The position numbers and the translations under genes are program-made. A stretch of 63,722 nt of DNA, the filler included, from Octopus bimaculoides (Eukaryota): assembly GCF_001194135.2 (NCBI RefSeq). It is 5 parts of 5 records of this genome, joined end to end, with 100 filler letters (N's around TTAATTAATTAA, not from the genome) between each part and the next. Parts side by side here need not be neighbours in the genome. Positions count along the whole stretch, not along the records: positions 22,666 to 45,220 come from NC_068983.1; 4 more parts are not named here. One strand, written 5' to 3'. The first letter of the stretch is position 1. The number at the start of each line of letters is the position of its first letter. The notes beneath the pieces were generated by a model that worked only from the letters and a program-made list of their open reading frames with translations, made no database searches and was not told the DNA's origin. This document shows positions 22,666 to 35,619 of this stretch, piece after piece.

Positions 22666-23930
22666 TGGAAGCTTTCTGACTGTTTTCTCCATCTATGCTC
22701 CCACACTCTCAGCAAATGAAGAAAATATCCATGCATTCTATGAGGAACTTAGAAGTAGTATCCTCTCAGTCCCTCTGAATGAGAAGTTGGTTGTGCTCGG
22801 CGATTTCAATGCACGTGTTGGCAGGGACAAAAGTGCTTGGAATGTACTTGGGCGTTATGGAATAGGTAAGGTGAACAAAAATGGTTTACACCTGCTACAA
22901 ATGTGCTCTGAACTAGGGTTGGCTGTTGGGAACGCATTTTTTCACCATAAGCTGAAACATAAAGTCACCTGGATTCATCCAAGATCAAAGCAAGGTCACA
23001 CGATTGACCTTGTATTAACTCGGAAATCTGACCTACAGGATTTGTGTAGACTCAGAGTATTGCGAGGAGCTGATTGTGATACTGATCACAAAATGGTTAG
23101 GGCTAAGTTCAAATTCAGGGTTCGTACAAGAAAGCGCAGTGCAGGTGTGCGAATTTTGGGATAGATGCAGTAATATTTATTTTGAAGGTTCATGGCAATG
23201 TTTTCGAGGATTATATAAGGCTGGAGTGGATGTGCTGGGTTTTAAGGGGAAACAACATAGAGATTGGTTTGACTCCAATGATGCAATGGTAAATGAGCTA
23301 CTGGCAACAAAGAGGTCTACTTATGAAAAACTTCTTAACCCAAACATTAAGGGCAAAGAAAAACTAGAAAAGGTATACAGAGCGCAGAAAGCAGAACTGC
23401 AAAAGGAATTAAGGAGGCTCAAAGATACCGGGTGGAGTAATTTGTCTGAGGAAATACAGGCATCTTATGAAAGGAAATACATTAAAAACGTGTACGGCGT
23501 ATTGCGACAAGCTGTTGGACCGCAGTCCTCAACGTATGTTCCCTTGAAATCAAAAGACGGAAATGAGGTTATTAAGGATCCTCCTGGAATAATGAGCAGA
23601 TGGAGGGAGCATTTTGTGGAACTTTTCCATAATCCATCTCTAGTGAACATGGATGTCATAAATAATATCCCCCAAAGAGTGATAATGCAACACATGGACG
23701 ATGCGCCTTCCATTGAAGAAGTAAAACTGTCAATACGGAAACTGAGATCCAACAAAGCTCCTGGGCTGGATGGTATTCCAGCTGAAATTCTGAAAGCAAG
23801 TAGGGATCACATCTCCTCCGAAATTCATAGCCTGTTGTGTCAAGTTTGAACTGAGTCCTCTGTGTCACAGGAATGGATAAACGGCATTCTAATCCCTATA
23901 TACAAAGGTAAGGGACCAAAATCAGAGTGA
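22666..23930 (+). mobile_element. RTE/BovB-like LINE fragment (APE endonuclease to RT start), internally deleted
   Basis: SIYAPTL; VVLGDFNARVG; VTWIHPRSKQGHTIDLVL; DCDTDHKMV; HRDWFD; RWREHFVELF; KAPGLDGIPAEILK. Confidence 0.92.
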
Positions 23931-24202
23931 AATATTCAAGATTTGTAGTAAAAAATATTTAAAGGATGATAGTCAATTCTTTTGTTGATCAAAAGTTTCT
24001 CTATTTTCTCCTCATTTTAAATTTGATTCCTGATAAACTCTTGTTTATTCTCTTATTACATGTATCCTATATGCATAGTATGATTGCATACTCATGCACA
24101 ATGATAACACAGGTAATTTACACTGGTAGTGATAACCGATATGCTTATCTCTTAGACGGTTACTCTAACCGCTGACTCTACTACCTTTGGTATATACTTA
24201 CT

Positions 24203-24243
<41 letters not shown>

Positions 24244-24858
24244 TGTGTGTGTGTGTATGTGTGTGTGTGTGCGTGTGTTTGTTCCTGTTCGACTAAAACC
24301 CTCCAAAGCATGCACACCGTGGAATGACTGAAACAAGCAAACGATAGAAGATATAAGATATGTGCACATACTGCCGTTTGTGTGAGAGAGAATGTGTATT
24401 TAATTAGATGATAATACAATGTATGCTCAATCAGGTTTAGTTGAGTAGGTATTTATGCATTTGTTCATAACCACCGAAATATCAGTGTAAATTAACGTTT
24501 CAAAATAATATTATATCTGTTTACTGTTATAAATTTATGGTTTGTTTGTTCAGATTATGTTACACGACGAGTTAAACTTGATAAATTACCAATTCTACTA
24601 TGTGTATGAGCACTTATTAAAATTTTTTATTAATAATCAAAATCTATCAAATTATTTAGATTTATCATAATACGATTTAACAACTTCAAAATCCGTTTCT
24701 CCAGAATCTATTGAATTGTCTGTCTTTGATTTCTTAAATGTTGCATACTAATTTATAAAACAATCAATATGTCTACCTACCTATATAGAAACATATGTAA
24801 ATATATTCGTGTATCAATATTTCTGCCTACATGTGCACATACATAAGTAAATATATGC

Positions 24859-24916
<58 letters not shown>

Positions 24917-26405
24917 TCTCACGCACTAACACACATACGGACAAATGCGCATACACACTGTACTTACATGTATAGCTTTTACTTCTTTGTTTTTACCTTG
25001 TACTTTTGTCATTCATTAGACTGCTGGGGCAAAGCACCCTAGTGGGAAATAGCCTTGATGGCTTTAGTCAAAGAAATCGACTCACCGTACTTGTATAAAT
25101 ATGGAATTTACTACTATCGGCATGTTTTTCGCGAACGACTAAGGAACGGTTGCTCAAACACACCAGGCCCTGTTATCAAGCTTTGATAGGAGATAATCAC
25201 AAACATAACGAGGTTCCCGTGCACTCACTTTTATATGAAAAGCCTCTTTTGTTTTTCGTCTACGAAATCCACTGAGATGTTATTAGATATTATTAGACGA
25301 ACCAGGAGTGGTATAGAATATAATTTCCCGAGATGGTCGCGAGGAACACTTCTTACCACACAGTCACAATCATATTCTATTTTGTAGTATATTTAGCTGT
25401 TTTTTTTTTTTACGCTTCCGATTGTAATCGGAAGGATGCTTCATACTGATCTCAAGCGTAATAATTCTTTTAAAACAGCGGTTTAGTTTGTACGGTGAAA
25501 TCCCACTCTGTGAAGATTAAATGAATTGTTGACAGAGATATGAACGTTTTGTTTTTCAGCCACGCTGAATATATTCAAGATTCTCTCCCATTAGAATTCT
25601 AGAGTTTTACTTGGATTCTAATAAGAATTTTGATGTATTTAATTTGTTGCGCTATTGTATTACTCCCAGTTAGTTCATCCTTATGGCATTCAAACATTAC
25701 TCCAGCAATATAATATATCACAAACAGTAATTTTTAATGAAAACGAACGTCTAAATGATAATCGACAAAGTTTTCTGGACACGAATAATAAAAGCTACAA
25801 AATCTCTTTAATAGAGACAAGTTTCATCTTGGAGAGGTCTCCTAAGTATATATTCTTTAATAAAATACTAATTCAAAATATGAAACAATACCGCTTATCT
25901 CCTTGCATAAAAACATTCTCTACTCTGAGTCAATGTAGCTTTGTGCAATAACTTTCTTTTGCAGTAAACTTTCCACTGTTTTCTATGATATTCTGTCATA
26001 AGTAATTCCCAATCCGCTATTATATTATACACACCATTGATAAAGATATCATCCGTAAATTTATGGCTTTAACAAGATATAGCTTTCAGACACTAAATAA
26101 ATTTCCTAATGGTTTGATGGCTCTTAAGAAGAGTATTTTCTTTCAGCAGTAGTCTTTTAAAGTCTAGGATTATATAAAAATTCCGATGGGGGAGAAGTTC
26201 AAGATGCGACATGTATAAGTAATTTATCATAATTATGGCCCTGTCGTTTCAGTATTGGCAATGAATCACAATTATAAAAAAAGATTGCTAGAACAATAAA
26301 AAAATATGTTATTAAGTGATTCCATATGGAGTAAATGGAAATCTTTAAACTATGCAGCTTATAAGTACCAAATATCTCTATTGTGATCTATCTATCCATC
26401 TGTCC

Positions 26406-26412
<7 letters not shown>

Positions 26413-26448
<36 letters not shown>

Positions 26449-26479
26449 NNNNNNNNNNNNNNNNNNNNNNNNNNNNNNN

Positions 26480-26531
<52 letters not shown>
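26413..26531. repeat. (CT)n microsatellite spanning a gap
   Basis: Direct reading of the sequence. Confidence 0.95.
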
Positions 26532-26535
<4 letters not shown>

Positions 26536-26755
26536 CCCCTCAAATACACATGTCTCTGTTTTTATGTGTGTACACATATGTGTATGTAAAGTAAACAAGC
26601 AAATACGATCCACACACGCACAATTATGTATGCATATATGTGTTTGTTTCTATATATAAACACACACATATATATGTATACATACATATATATAGTTGTA
26701 TATGTATATATATATATATATATGTGTGTGCATATATATATGTATGTATTTATCT

Positions 26756-26822
<67 letters not shown>

Positions 26823-27197
26823 NNNNNNNNNNNNNNNNNNNNNNNNNNNNNNNNNNNNNNNNNNNNNNNNNNNNNNNNNNNNNNNNNNNNNNNNNNNNNN
26901 NNNNNNNNNNNNNNNNNNNNNNNNNNNNNNNNNNNNNNNNNNNNNNNNNNNNNNNNNNNNNNNNNNNNNNNNNNNNNNNNNNNNNNNNNNNNNNNNNNNN
27001 NNNNNNNNNNNNNNNNNNNNNNNNNNNNNNNNNNNNNNNNNNNNNNNNNNNNNNNNNNNNNNNNNNNNNNNNNNNNNNNNNNNNNNNNNNNNNNNNNNNN
27101 NNNNNNNNNNNNNNNNNNNNNNNNNNNNNNNNNGTGTGTATGTGTGTGAATAAAAATAAATACAAAAAAAGGGTTTTGTATGGTCGTGTATAGAGGA

Positions 27198-27688
27198 ATA
27201 TATTATTTTATTTAAAAGAGTTCCAACCCTGTTTTTTATGTTTAATTTATATTCTTGTAAAATTAATGTGGGATATAGAATATGGAATATATAATATAAT
27301 AAATAATATAAAAATAAATGGTGAAATGAAATGAAGTATTGAATGTCTTATTGGATATATGAAATATTGAGTATTCAATATAAAGAATTAAATATATAGA
27401 GGGTAATACGTATTTTCATGCCTAATGGCATTCATCAAGTCCTCATCTGACAGACCGTATTAACCTTTATATATTTAATTCTTTATATTGAATACTCAAT
27501 ATTTCATATATTAAATAAGACATTCAATACTTCATTTCACTTTAACATTTATTTTTATATTATATAATATATTATATATTCGATATTCTATATTCCATAT
27601 TCTATATCCCACATTAATTTTACAAGAATATAAATAAAACTTAAAAAGCAAAGAAAGTTGGAACTCTTTTAAATAAAATTTTATATAT
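27198..27688. repeat. Long AT-rich palindrome (arms about 210-230 bp, 45-nt spacer) made of PLE-type terminal repeats
   Basis: attttatttaaaagagttccaac (27205-27227) is the exact reverse complement of 27657-27679. The arms align inward to taatacg (ends 27410) and cgtatta (starts 27456). Confidence 0.92.
27399..27444 (-). ncRNA. Minimal hammerhead-ribozyme-like motif at the palindrome centre
   Basis: Minus strand reads GAGGa c(u)UGAUGA AUGCC auua GGCAU GAA AAUACGUAUU A cCCUC: perfect stem II, palindromic stem III, stem I GAGG/CCUC with one mismatch. Confidence 0.6.
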
Positions 27689-27714
27689 ATACATATCTTC
27701 TTTTATTCTTTCAT

Positions 27715-28020
27715 TGTAAGTCTAGTACTTATTTTATCGGTCACTTTCGCCGAACCGCTAAGTTACAGAGATGTAAACACAAAATCGGTTGTCAAGCGAT
27801 GGTGCAGGTACAAACACCGACACAAAAACATATATATATATAAGTATATACATAAATATACATATGACAGGCTTCTTTCAGTTTCCGTCTACCAAATCCA
27901 CTTACAAAGCTTTGTTCGACCCGTGACTATAGCAGAAGACACTTGCACAAAGTGCCACGCAGTGGGACTCAACTGAGAACCATGTGGCTGGAAAGCAAGC
28001 TCCTTACCACGCCTGTGCCT
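27715..28020 (-). mobile_element. tRNA-derived octopus-type SINE (head plus body)
   Basis: Minus-strand head ggcgtggtaaggagcttgc...ttgagtcccactgcgtggcac...gtggatttggtagacggaaactgaaagaagcc, then (TA)n and the gcggttcggc body. Confidence 0.85.
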
Positions 28021-28107
28021 CTCTCTCTCTCACTCTCTCTGTCTTCACACACACTCACACACATGCACACACACACACATGCACACACACACATGCACAC
28101 ACACACA

Positions 28108-28139
<32 letters not shown>

Positions 28140-29232
28140 AAGTGTAAATCATTTACCCTTCACTATTCCAGTCGCAGATAAGATGGGGGAAATGAGAGAG
28201 CATAACATACATTATAGCAAAAATCAGCAAGTAATCACCGAAAATGAAATCACTCATCATTTTCAGCATAGAATGCAATAAGAGGATATAGGCGTACTCT
28301 CAAATCTACAGGACATTGAGCTCAATCTGAATTGTATATGTCGTCATTGCTGGACATAGGACTGAAACTTTGGATGGCAATGTGCCCATGTGATAGTCGC
28401 TACAAATAGTTAATTTAATATGATGCATTTTAATGTAATGTAGAAAACTATACAGAATATGGGAAGGGGAATAAGTGTTGAAATGCAAAGGCAATGAAAT
28501 AGAGATAGGTCAAATAACCAGTGGACAAATCAGAAAAATATAACTGTAATAATTCTTACTTTGGGAGAAATATAAATCACACATGCTGACAAAATATAAC
28601 ACAAGGTGTACAGTGTGTGCGTGTGTGCGTGTGTGGTGTGTGTGTGTATGCGTGTGTGTGTGTGTGCATGTGTGTGTGTATGTGTGTGTGTGTATGTGTG
28701 TGTGTGTGTGTGAGTGTGTGCGTGCAAATATTTTGTACGGATGTGGATTTGCACACACTAGCGCACTTATATCTATATTTATAAATTTGAACGTGCACGA
28801 ACGCGTTCACATCAAATGATTGAAGCGTTAATCAATACATGGCAAACGCAAGTCCTTATAAATATTCCATGGGTAATACAAAAGTGACAGCATTTTAGAA
28901 TTTTCTTATAAGATACCTCTCATGATGTGTATATTTATATTTTCCTTCCTCCAAATAACATACAGTGTTGTGCATTTTCGTTTATTTTCCTCCAAGATCA
29001 AGACGAGTGGTAACGTTCCATGTGACAGGCCTGATAATTGCTAAGAGATTTAAAACGAACAATGAACGTACAATGAGTTTTTAAGTGCTTCAGATCTTTC
29101 ACGTATCAACTTTTCAAGAATTTATTCTGAAGTCTTTAATTGAATTGTATAGAGATTTGAAAGCCAACGTTGAAATTATTTTATGCATGTTTGGGTGTTT
29201 GAATGTGTGTTTGTTTGTGTTTGTGTGTGTGT

Positions 29233-29235
<3 letters not shown>

Positions 29236-29322
<87 letters not shown>
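29236..29322. repeat. (TG)n microsatellite
   Basis: Direct reading of the sequence. Confidence 0.97.
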
Positions 29323-29323
<1 letters not shown>

Positions 29324-31329
29324 TACGTAGGAATTCATATGAGACTCGTTTATGTTATATTCTGAAGACCTTAAGTAGATATATTCCAGTTATAAATAAC
29401 GAATTACTGGCCCGACCTACTTCAATCTATAACATTGTATTCATACACCCCCATTATATTCACCTTTTTAGGAATGAACGAAATAACTTGCCTGAACTTT
29501 GCTACGATTTTGAACGAGGTACCATAATGAAATATACAATAAATAATTTTAGATGCGATTGTCATGACAATGTGGCTGCAAAATATAAAATTAAGTGATA
29601 TCCCTTCATCTGAATTTCTGCCAATACAGTAGAGAGGAGCAATAAATTTTATTAATTGCAAGGCGTTGTATCTTATTATCAGTCGCGTATAGGAATTGCT
29701 TATCATTTCAGACAGGTGTGTTCTATCAATGGAATAATAATTTAACCACAATAATTCCCATCATTGAAGAATAATGAAAGCAAATGCTAATATATTGAAT
29801 ATATTTCCTATTGTAAAGATAGATTTACCAAAGACATCAAAGAATGCATAGCTTATTAATAAAATATCTGAATACTATTCAAGAACTGCGGTAGATTTAT
29901 TTTCTGAATCACATCATATGGAATATAGATTCTGATTAAAATATATTCCTAGTGTAGTAGATATATTTAGAATAAACATATGTAATACATTTCTATTGTA
30001 TATCGAGTAAGTATTATGCTAATGTAATACACATGCTGGATTCTGTTTTCTTTCATTTATTATAATCAGTTAACTAGTTGGTCCTGTGCCAAAATTTGAA
30101 ACCATTATTAGCTAATTATTCAAGCATTTAGCCAATTAATTAATTGAGTCTGTGATGAATATGACAATCGATTATTCAGTTAGGTTCTTCAAAGATGCTT
30201 CGTCACTATTCGAAACGACATCAATGATGAGCATTCAGTATTGCAAGCCACTGAGATTGCCCTAGTTTACAGAATCCGCATTCGTATTTATTTACGTGTA
30301 AGCATGTGAGAATGTATGACAGATAGATAGAGAGAAAGTGAAAGAAAGATTGAGAATGATACAGAGAAAGAGAGAGTGAGAGAGAGAGAGATAGAGAAAG
30401 AGAGAGAGAGAGAGAAAGACAGAGAGACTGTGTATATTGAGTAGGCATGTGTGTCTGTGTGACATGGAGCAGATTCCGAGAATTGAGTAAGTATATATAT
30501 ATATATATATATATNNNNNNNNNNNNNNNNNNNNNNNNNNNNNNNNNNNNNNNNNNNNNNNNNNNNNNNNNNNNNNNNNNNNNNNNNNNNNNNNNNNNNN
30601 NNNNNNNNNNNNNNNNNNNNNNNNNNNNNNNNNNNNNNNNNNNNNNNNNNNNNNNNNNNNNNNNNNNNNNNNNNNNNNNNNNNNNNNNNNNNNNNNNNNN
30701 NNNNNNNNNNNNNNNNNNNNNNNNNNNNNNNNNNNNNNNNNNNNNNNNNNNNNNNNNNNNNNNNNNNNNNNNNNNNNNNNNNNNNNNNNNNNNNNNNNNN
30801 NNNNNNNNNNNNNNNNNNNNNNNNNNNNNNNNNNNNNNNNNNNNNNNNNNNNNNNNNNNNNNNNNNNNNNNNNNNNNNNNNNNNNNNNNNNNNNNNNNNN
30901 NNNNNNNNNNNNNNNNNNNNNNNNNNNNNNNNNNNNNNNNNNNNNNNNNNNNNNNNNNNNNNNNNNNNNNNNNNNNNNNNNNNNNNNNNNNNNNNNNNNN
31001 NNNNNNNNNNNNNNNNNNNNNNNNNNNNNNNNNNNNNNNNNNNNNNNNNNNNNNNNNNNNNNNNNNNNNNNNNNNNNNNNNNNNNNNNNNNNNNNNNNNN
31101 NNNNNNNNNNNNNNNNNNNNNNNNNNNNNNNNNNNNNNNNNNNNNNNNNNNNNNNNNNNNNNNNNNNNNNNNNNNNNNNNNNNNNNNNNNNNNNNNNNNN
31201 NNNNNNNNNNNNNNNNNNNNNNNNNNNNNNNNNNNNNNNNNNNNNNNNNNNNNNNNNNNNNNNNNNNNNNNNNNNNCACACATATATGGATGCATGTATG
31301 AATGCATTATGTATATATTAATGCACGCA

Positions 31330-31374
<45 letters not shown>

Positions 31375-32544
31375 AAAATTGTATTAATTGAAACGGCTGT
31401 TAATAATAAACAATTATTAATTTCCTAATCTCCGTATACTTTTCTTGTTTTATATGATTCAAAACTATGCTTTGTATATCCCTGATATTTTAAGGAAATA
31501 CAAGCTATTGCACCTGTATTTCATCCAACCCTTCATGTGGTTAACATATCGTCTAATATATATATATATATATGAACCGTCAACTTGTAGTTGTGAAGCA
31601 AACTTATTACCACACAGAGATCGCTCTGTGAATGAATGGCATGTGTATAGGTGTGCTTCGAAGCGTATTCACGTATTTGTGGTTACTCAACTGTAAGTGT
31701 ACTTAATTTTTCATGTTTTCAGGATCCTCTTCATCTTTGTTTTATATAACCCGACGTAACAAATGGTGATAGTTACCTACAAACGTTTTATACTTAACAC
31801 ACACAAAGCAAAGCATACAACACACGTACAAGCGCACAGAAACACACAGAAACACACACAAATTCACACACACCAATCGTAACAAGAAAAACAACAGCAA
31901 CGACAACAACACAAGAGGCCTTGATGTATCTTTACCATATCAAGGTCTCTTTACTACCGCAACTATATAAGTTTACTTATCGAAAAGTCACAACAGTATA
32001 TTTAACCTATATGCCAATAATTATGATATATGCATGAAATTCTTTGTTTATTCCAGAGAAATTTCGTTATATTTCATACAATTCAATAAATATATTCAAA
32101 TCAAACTTCGTTTAAATAATAAGTAAACGTGTCTAATTTATGCAAAACTTATGAAATAAAGAAACACTCACGCAGGACTTCTTACACAGCATTCATTTCT
32201 CTGACTACAGTTAAAAGGATAAAATCACGTTTTACAAAGTGGCAAAAAGAAAGAGACAAGATAAAAAAGAAAGAAATGGTAGTAATGGCCCGACATATCG
32301 TAACAGATTATAAAGTTGGCAAGGAAATTATAAGTAAGGAGGTAGATTAGACAAACATGTGATGTAATAATGACAAACTCCAAGCAATAATGTTTATTGA
32401 CTCCAAATGAAAATTAGTCCTTAGTTTGAAGAAAGCTGTGAGCAGTGCTAAACTTAGAACTAAATAGTATATGGACTGAGGAAATCCATTTGATCACATG
32501 AATTTGATCATATGGATTTTATAGGATCATATGTGTTGTATAAA

Positions 32545-32670
32545 GCTCGCTTCCCAACCACCTCCATCGGTTTTCAGTCCTACGGCGTGGCACCATCGGC
32601 AAATCTGTTTTCGAGCCGACTACAGCCTTCTGAGTGGATTTACTAGACGGAACTGAGAGAAGCCCGTCGT
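32545..32670 (+). mobile_element. Octopus-type SINE head, truncated by a gap
   Basis: gctcgcttcccaaccac...ttcagtcc...cgtggcacc...gagtggatttactagacggaactgagagaagcccgtcgt. Confidence 0.7.
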
Positions 32671-33177
32671 NNNNNNNNNNNNNNNNNNNNNNNNNNNNNN
32701 NNNNNNNNNNNNNNNNNNNNNNNNNNNNNNNNNNNNNNNNNNNNNNNNNNNNNNNNNNNNNNNNNNNNNNNNNNNNNNNNNNNNNNNNNNNNNNNNNNNN
32801 NNNNATATATATATATATATATATAAATTAAAATTTATCAAAAGTCATACTAAGTATGTCTACCTGTGCTTGAAATAACAGTCAAAACTCGTTATTAAAT
32901 CTCCAAAATATACACTGGTGAAATCAAACTACAGAAATCAAACGAAGGCAAATTCAGTTAAGATAATCTACTTACATACATTTAAGTATTTGGATTCACG
33001 TGGACTAGTTTCTGCATTGGAACAATAAGCCTTAGCTTCTTCAGCACACATTACCAAGATATGAGAATTCCCAATCTATCCTTCTGTGCCGTTACTGATT
33101 TGTTTCGCGCCGAAATCAAAGCGGCTTCCAAGTGCAAAATAATCTCGTTACAGAATTATGAGAAAAATAATTTAATA

Positions 33178-33516
33178 AAATTAATTTACAGAGGTACCGT
33201 TAATTCTATTATTATCCAATGTAACTAATTTAAGAATGATAATAAAAGAATCAACGATAGAGGCGACAGCAGGCCCAAAATAGCATTTTAATCCGAGGAT
33301 TTAAAATTAATCAAAGGACATACTAAGTATGCTTGAAATACCTGCTTGAAATAATAGACAAAACTCGTTATTACATCACCAAAATTTGAATCCCTCGGCT
33401 ATTTAACTGCTATTTCTTGACCTGCTGTCGCCTGTATCGTTAATTCTGTTATTATCATTCTTAAATTAGTGACATTGGATAATAATAAAATTAACGGTAC
33501 CTTTGTAGATTAATTT
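33178..33516. mobile_element. MITE-like foldback element (about 130-bp inverted arms, about 75-bp spacer); the spacer is also present at 32831-32915
   Basis: The left arm aaattaatttacagaggtaccgttaatt...ggcgacagcagg aligns with the reverse complement of cctgctgtcgcc...aattaacggtacctttgtagattaattt. Confidence 0.85.
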
Positions 33517-33547
33517 GAATATATAAATATGTATATATACCCCCCCC

Positions 33548-33581
<34 letters not shown>

Positions 33582-34529
33582 NNNNNNNNNNNNNNNNNNN
33601 NNNNNNNNNNNNNNNNNNNNNNNNNNNNNNNNNNNNNNNNNNNNNNNNNNNNNNNNNNNNNNNNNNNNNNNNNNNNNNNNNNNNNNNNNNNNNNNNNNNN
33701 NNNNNNNNNNNNNNNNNNNNNNNNNNNNNNNNNNNNNNNNNNNNNNNNNNNNNNNNNNNNNNNNNNNNNNNNNNNNNNNNNNNNNNNNNNNNNNNNNNNN
33801 NNNNNNNNNNNNNNNNNNNNNNNNNNNNNNNNNNNNNNNNNNNNNNNNNNNNNNNNNNNNNNNNNNNNNNNNNNNNNNNNNNNNNNNNNNNNNNNNNNNN
33901 NNNNNNNNNNNNNNNNNNNNNNNNNNNNNNNNNNNNNNNNNNNNNNNNNNNNNNNNNNNNNNNNNNNNNNNNNNNNNNNNNNNNNNNNNNNNNNNNNNNN
34001 NNNNNNNNNNNNNNNNNNNNNNNNNNNNNNNNNNNNNNNNNNNNNNNNNNNNNNNNNNNNNNNNNNNNNNNNNNNNNNNNNNNNNNNNNNNNNNNNNNNN
34101 NNNNNNNNNNNNNNNNNNNNNNNNNNNNNNNNNNNNNNNNNNNNNNNNNNNNNNNNNNNNNNNNNNNNNNNNNNNNNNNNNNNNNNNNNNNNNNNNNNNN
34201 NNNNNNNNNNNNNNNNNNNNNNNNNNNNNNNNNNNNNNNNNNNNNNNNNNNNNNNNNNNNNNNNNNNNNNNNNNNNNNNNNNNNNNNNNNNNNNNNNNNN
34301 NNNNNNNNNNNNNNNNNNNNNNNNNNNNNNNNNNNNNNNNNNNNNNNNNNNNNNNNNNNNNNNNNNNNNNNNNNNNNNNNNNNNNNNNNNNNNNNNNNNN
34401 NNNNNNNNNNNNNNNNNNNNNNNNNNNNNNNNNNNNNNNNNNNNNNNNNNNNNNNNNNNNNNNNNNNNNNNNNNNNNNNATATATGGAGAATTCACAAAA
34501 AATATACGAAGTCAAGTGATGTAGACAAC

Positions 34530-34670
34530 AAACAAATGTATTAGCTTAACGCTCGAGGAGTGAAGAACTCTTTAACGTTTCGAGTCTAAGCTCTTCCGCA
34601 GAAAGGAACGCAAACAGAAACACGGAGAGAAAATAAGGAATGTGTAGTGGATAGGGATCTAGCATGGCGA
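34530..34670 (-). mobile_element. PLE-type terminal repeat with a hammerhead-like motif (34570-34605); second copy at 40510-40650
   Basis: The two copies align (tattag.ttaacgctc.agga.gtga...gtttcgagtcta.gctctt...cag). The minus strand reads CUUU CUGCGGA A GAG cuuaga CUC GAAACGU U AAAG. Confidence 0.6.
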
Positions 34671-35619
34671 ATATAGAGAGAGATTGAGATAGCTATAGAT
34701 ATAGATATATATGTGAGTGTGTGTCTTTGTATCTGTGTTTATCCATCCACACCACGTTCTTGCTGTGTTTACGTCTACGTATCTAGCGGGTCGGCAAAAG
34801 AAACTAATGAAATAGACAGGCATATTTCACACAGTTTTATGACAGCTAGGTGAATCTGCACTAATAACGTATTTCTAATTATAAACGGATAAAATGGAAT
34901 GATCACACTTTACCGATACCTGCTATAAAAAAACAAAACAATATAAATTATATAGTTTCATATGTGAATCCACATGTGAGTTCTTACCTGTGTGTTTGTT
35001 AATGCAAATTACCATGCACAAGTATATTGATATTTAATTGCTTGAGAAAGTATACAAATCAAACCACCCTGCATATGTAGTTAAATTTGTCATCAGCAAC
35101 AGTGTAAAGAACATAATAAAGCCAACAGCTTTCCTATCCTCACCAGAGGAAAAACTGATTGATATGTAAGTTGGTAGATGCACATCGGATTCTGTGGTTT
35201 AGGTTAGTAGACATACACTTGTGTGATAGTGAACATGCATATGTAAGGTTAACATAGATCTATGTTCCGTGAGTTCAATGTGTGTGAGTGTGTGTTTTTA
35301 TATGTGTTTGTGTATTTATAAGCTTTGCATAATTGTGTGTGAAGTATAGTACGGTGATAGATAAACTGTGTATTTCTTCCCCTAGGTTATTAGAATAGAA
35401 ATTGAAACCAGCCATAAAACTGTAATAAGGTCTACACAATCTCCGCTCCTCTAGTCTAAAAAAAATGACTGGTCTTGAATGTCCATACACGCACTCACTT
35501 GCATCAAAGCACACCGACTCACAGTACATTCTCACAATCAAAGAAACTAATCATGAATAAATGAAAAGAAAACTAATTAAAAAAGTAAATATTTAACCAC
35601 TCACTCCTTCAAAGGAATC

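Noticed and set aside
25655-25951. 98-aa plus-strand ORF
   Set aside because: It has no motif, starts at a non-ATG codon and has AT-driven composition.
29422-29751. 109-aa minus-strand ORF with SKIIYCIF, faintly like GPCR TM7
   Set aside because: It lacks NPxxY, a TM6 CWxP and upstream helices, so it is too weak to call.
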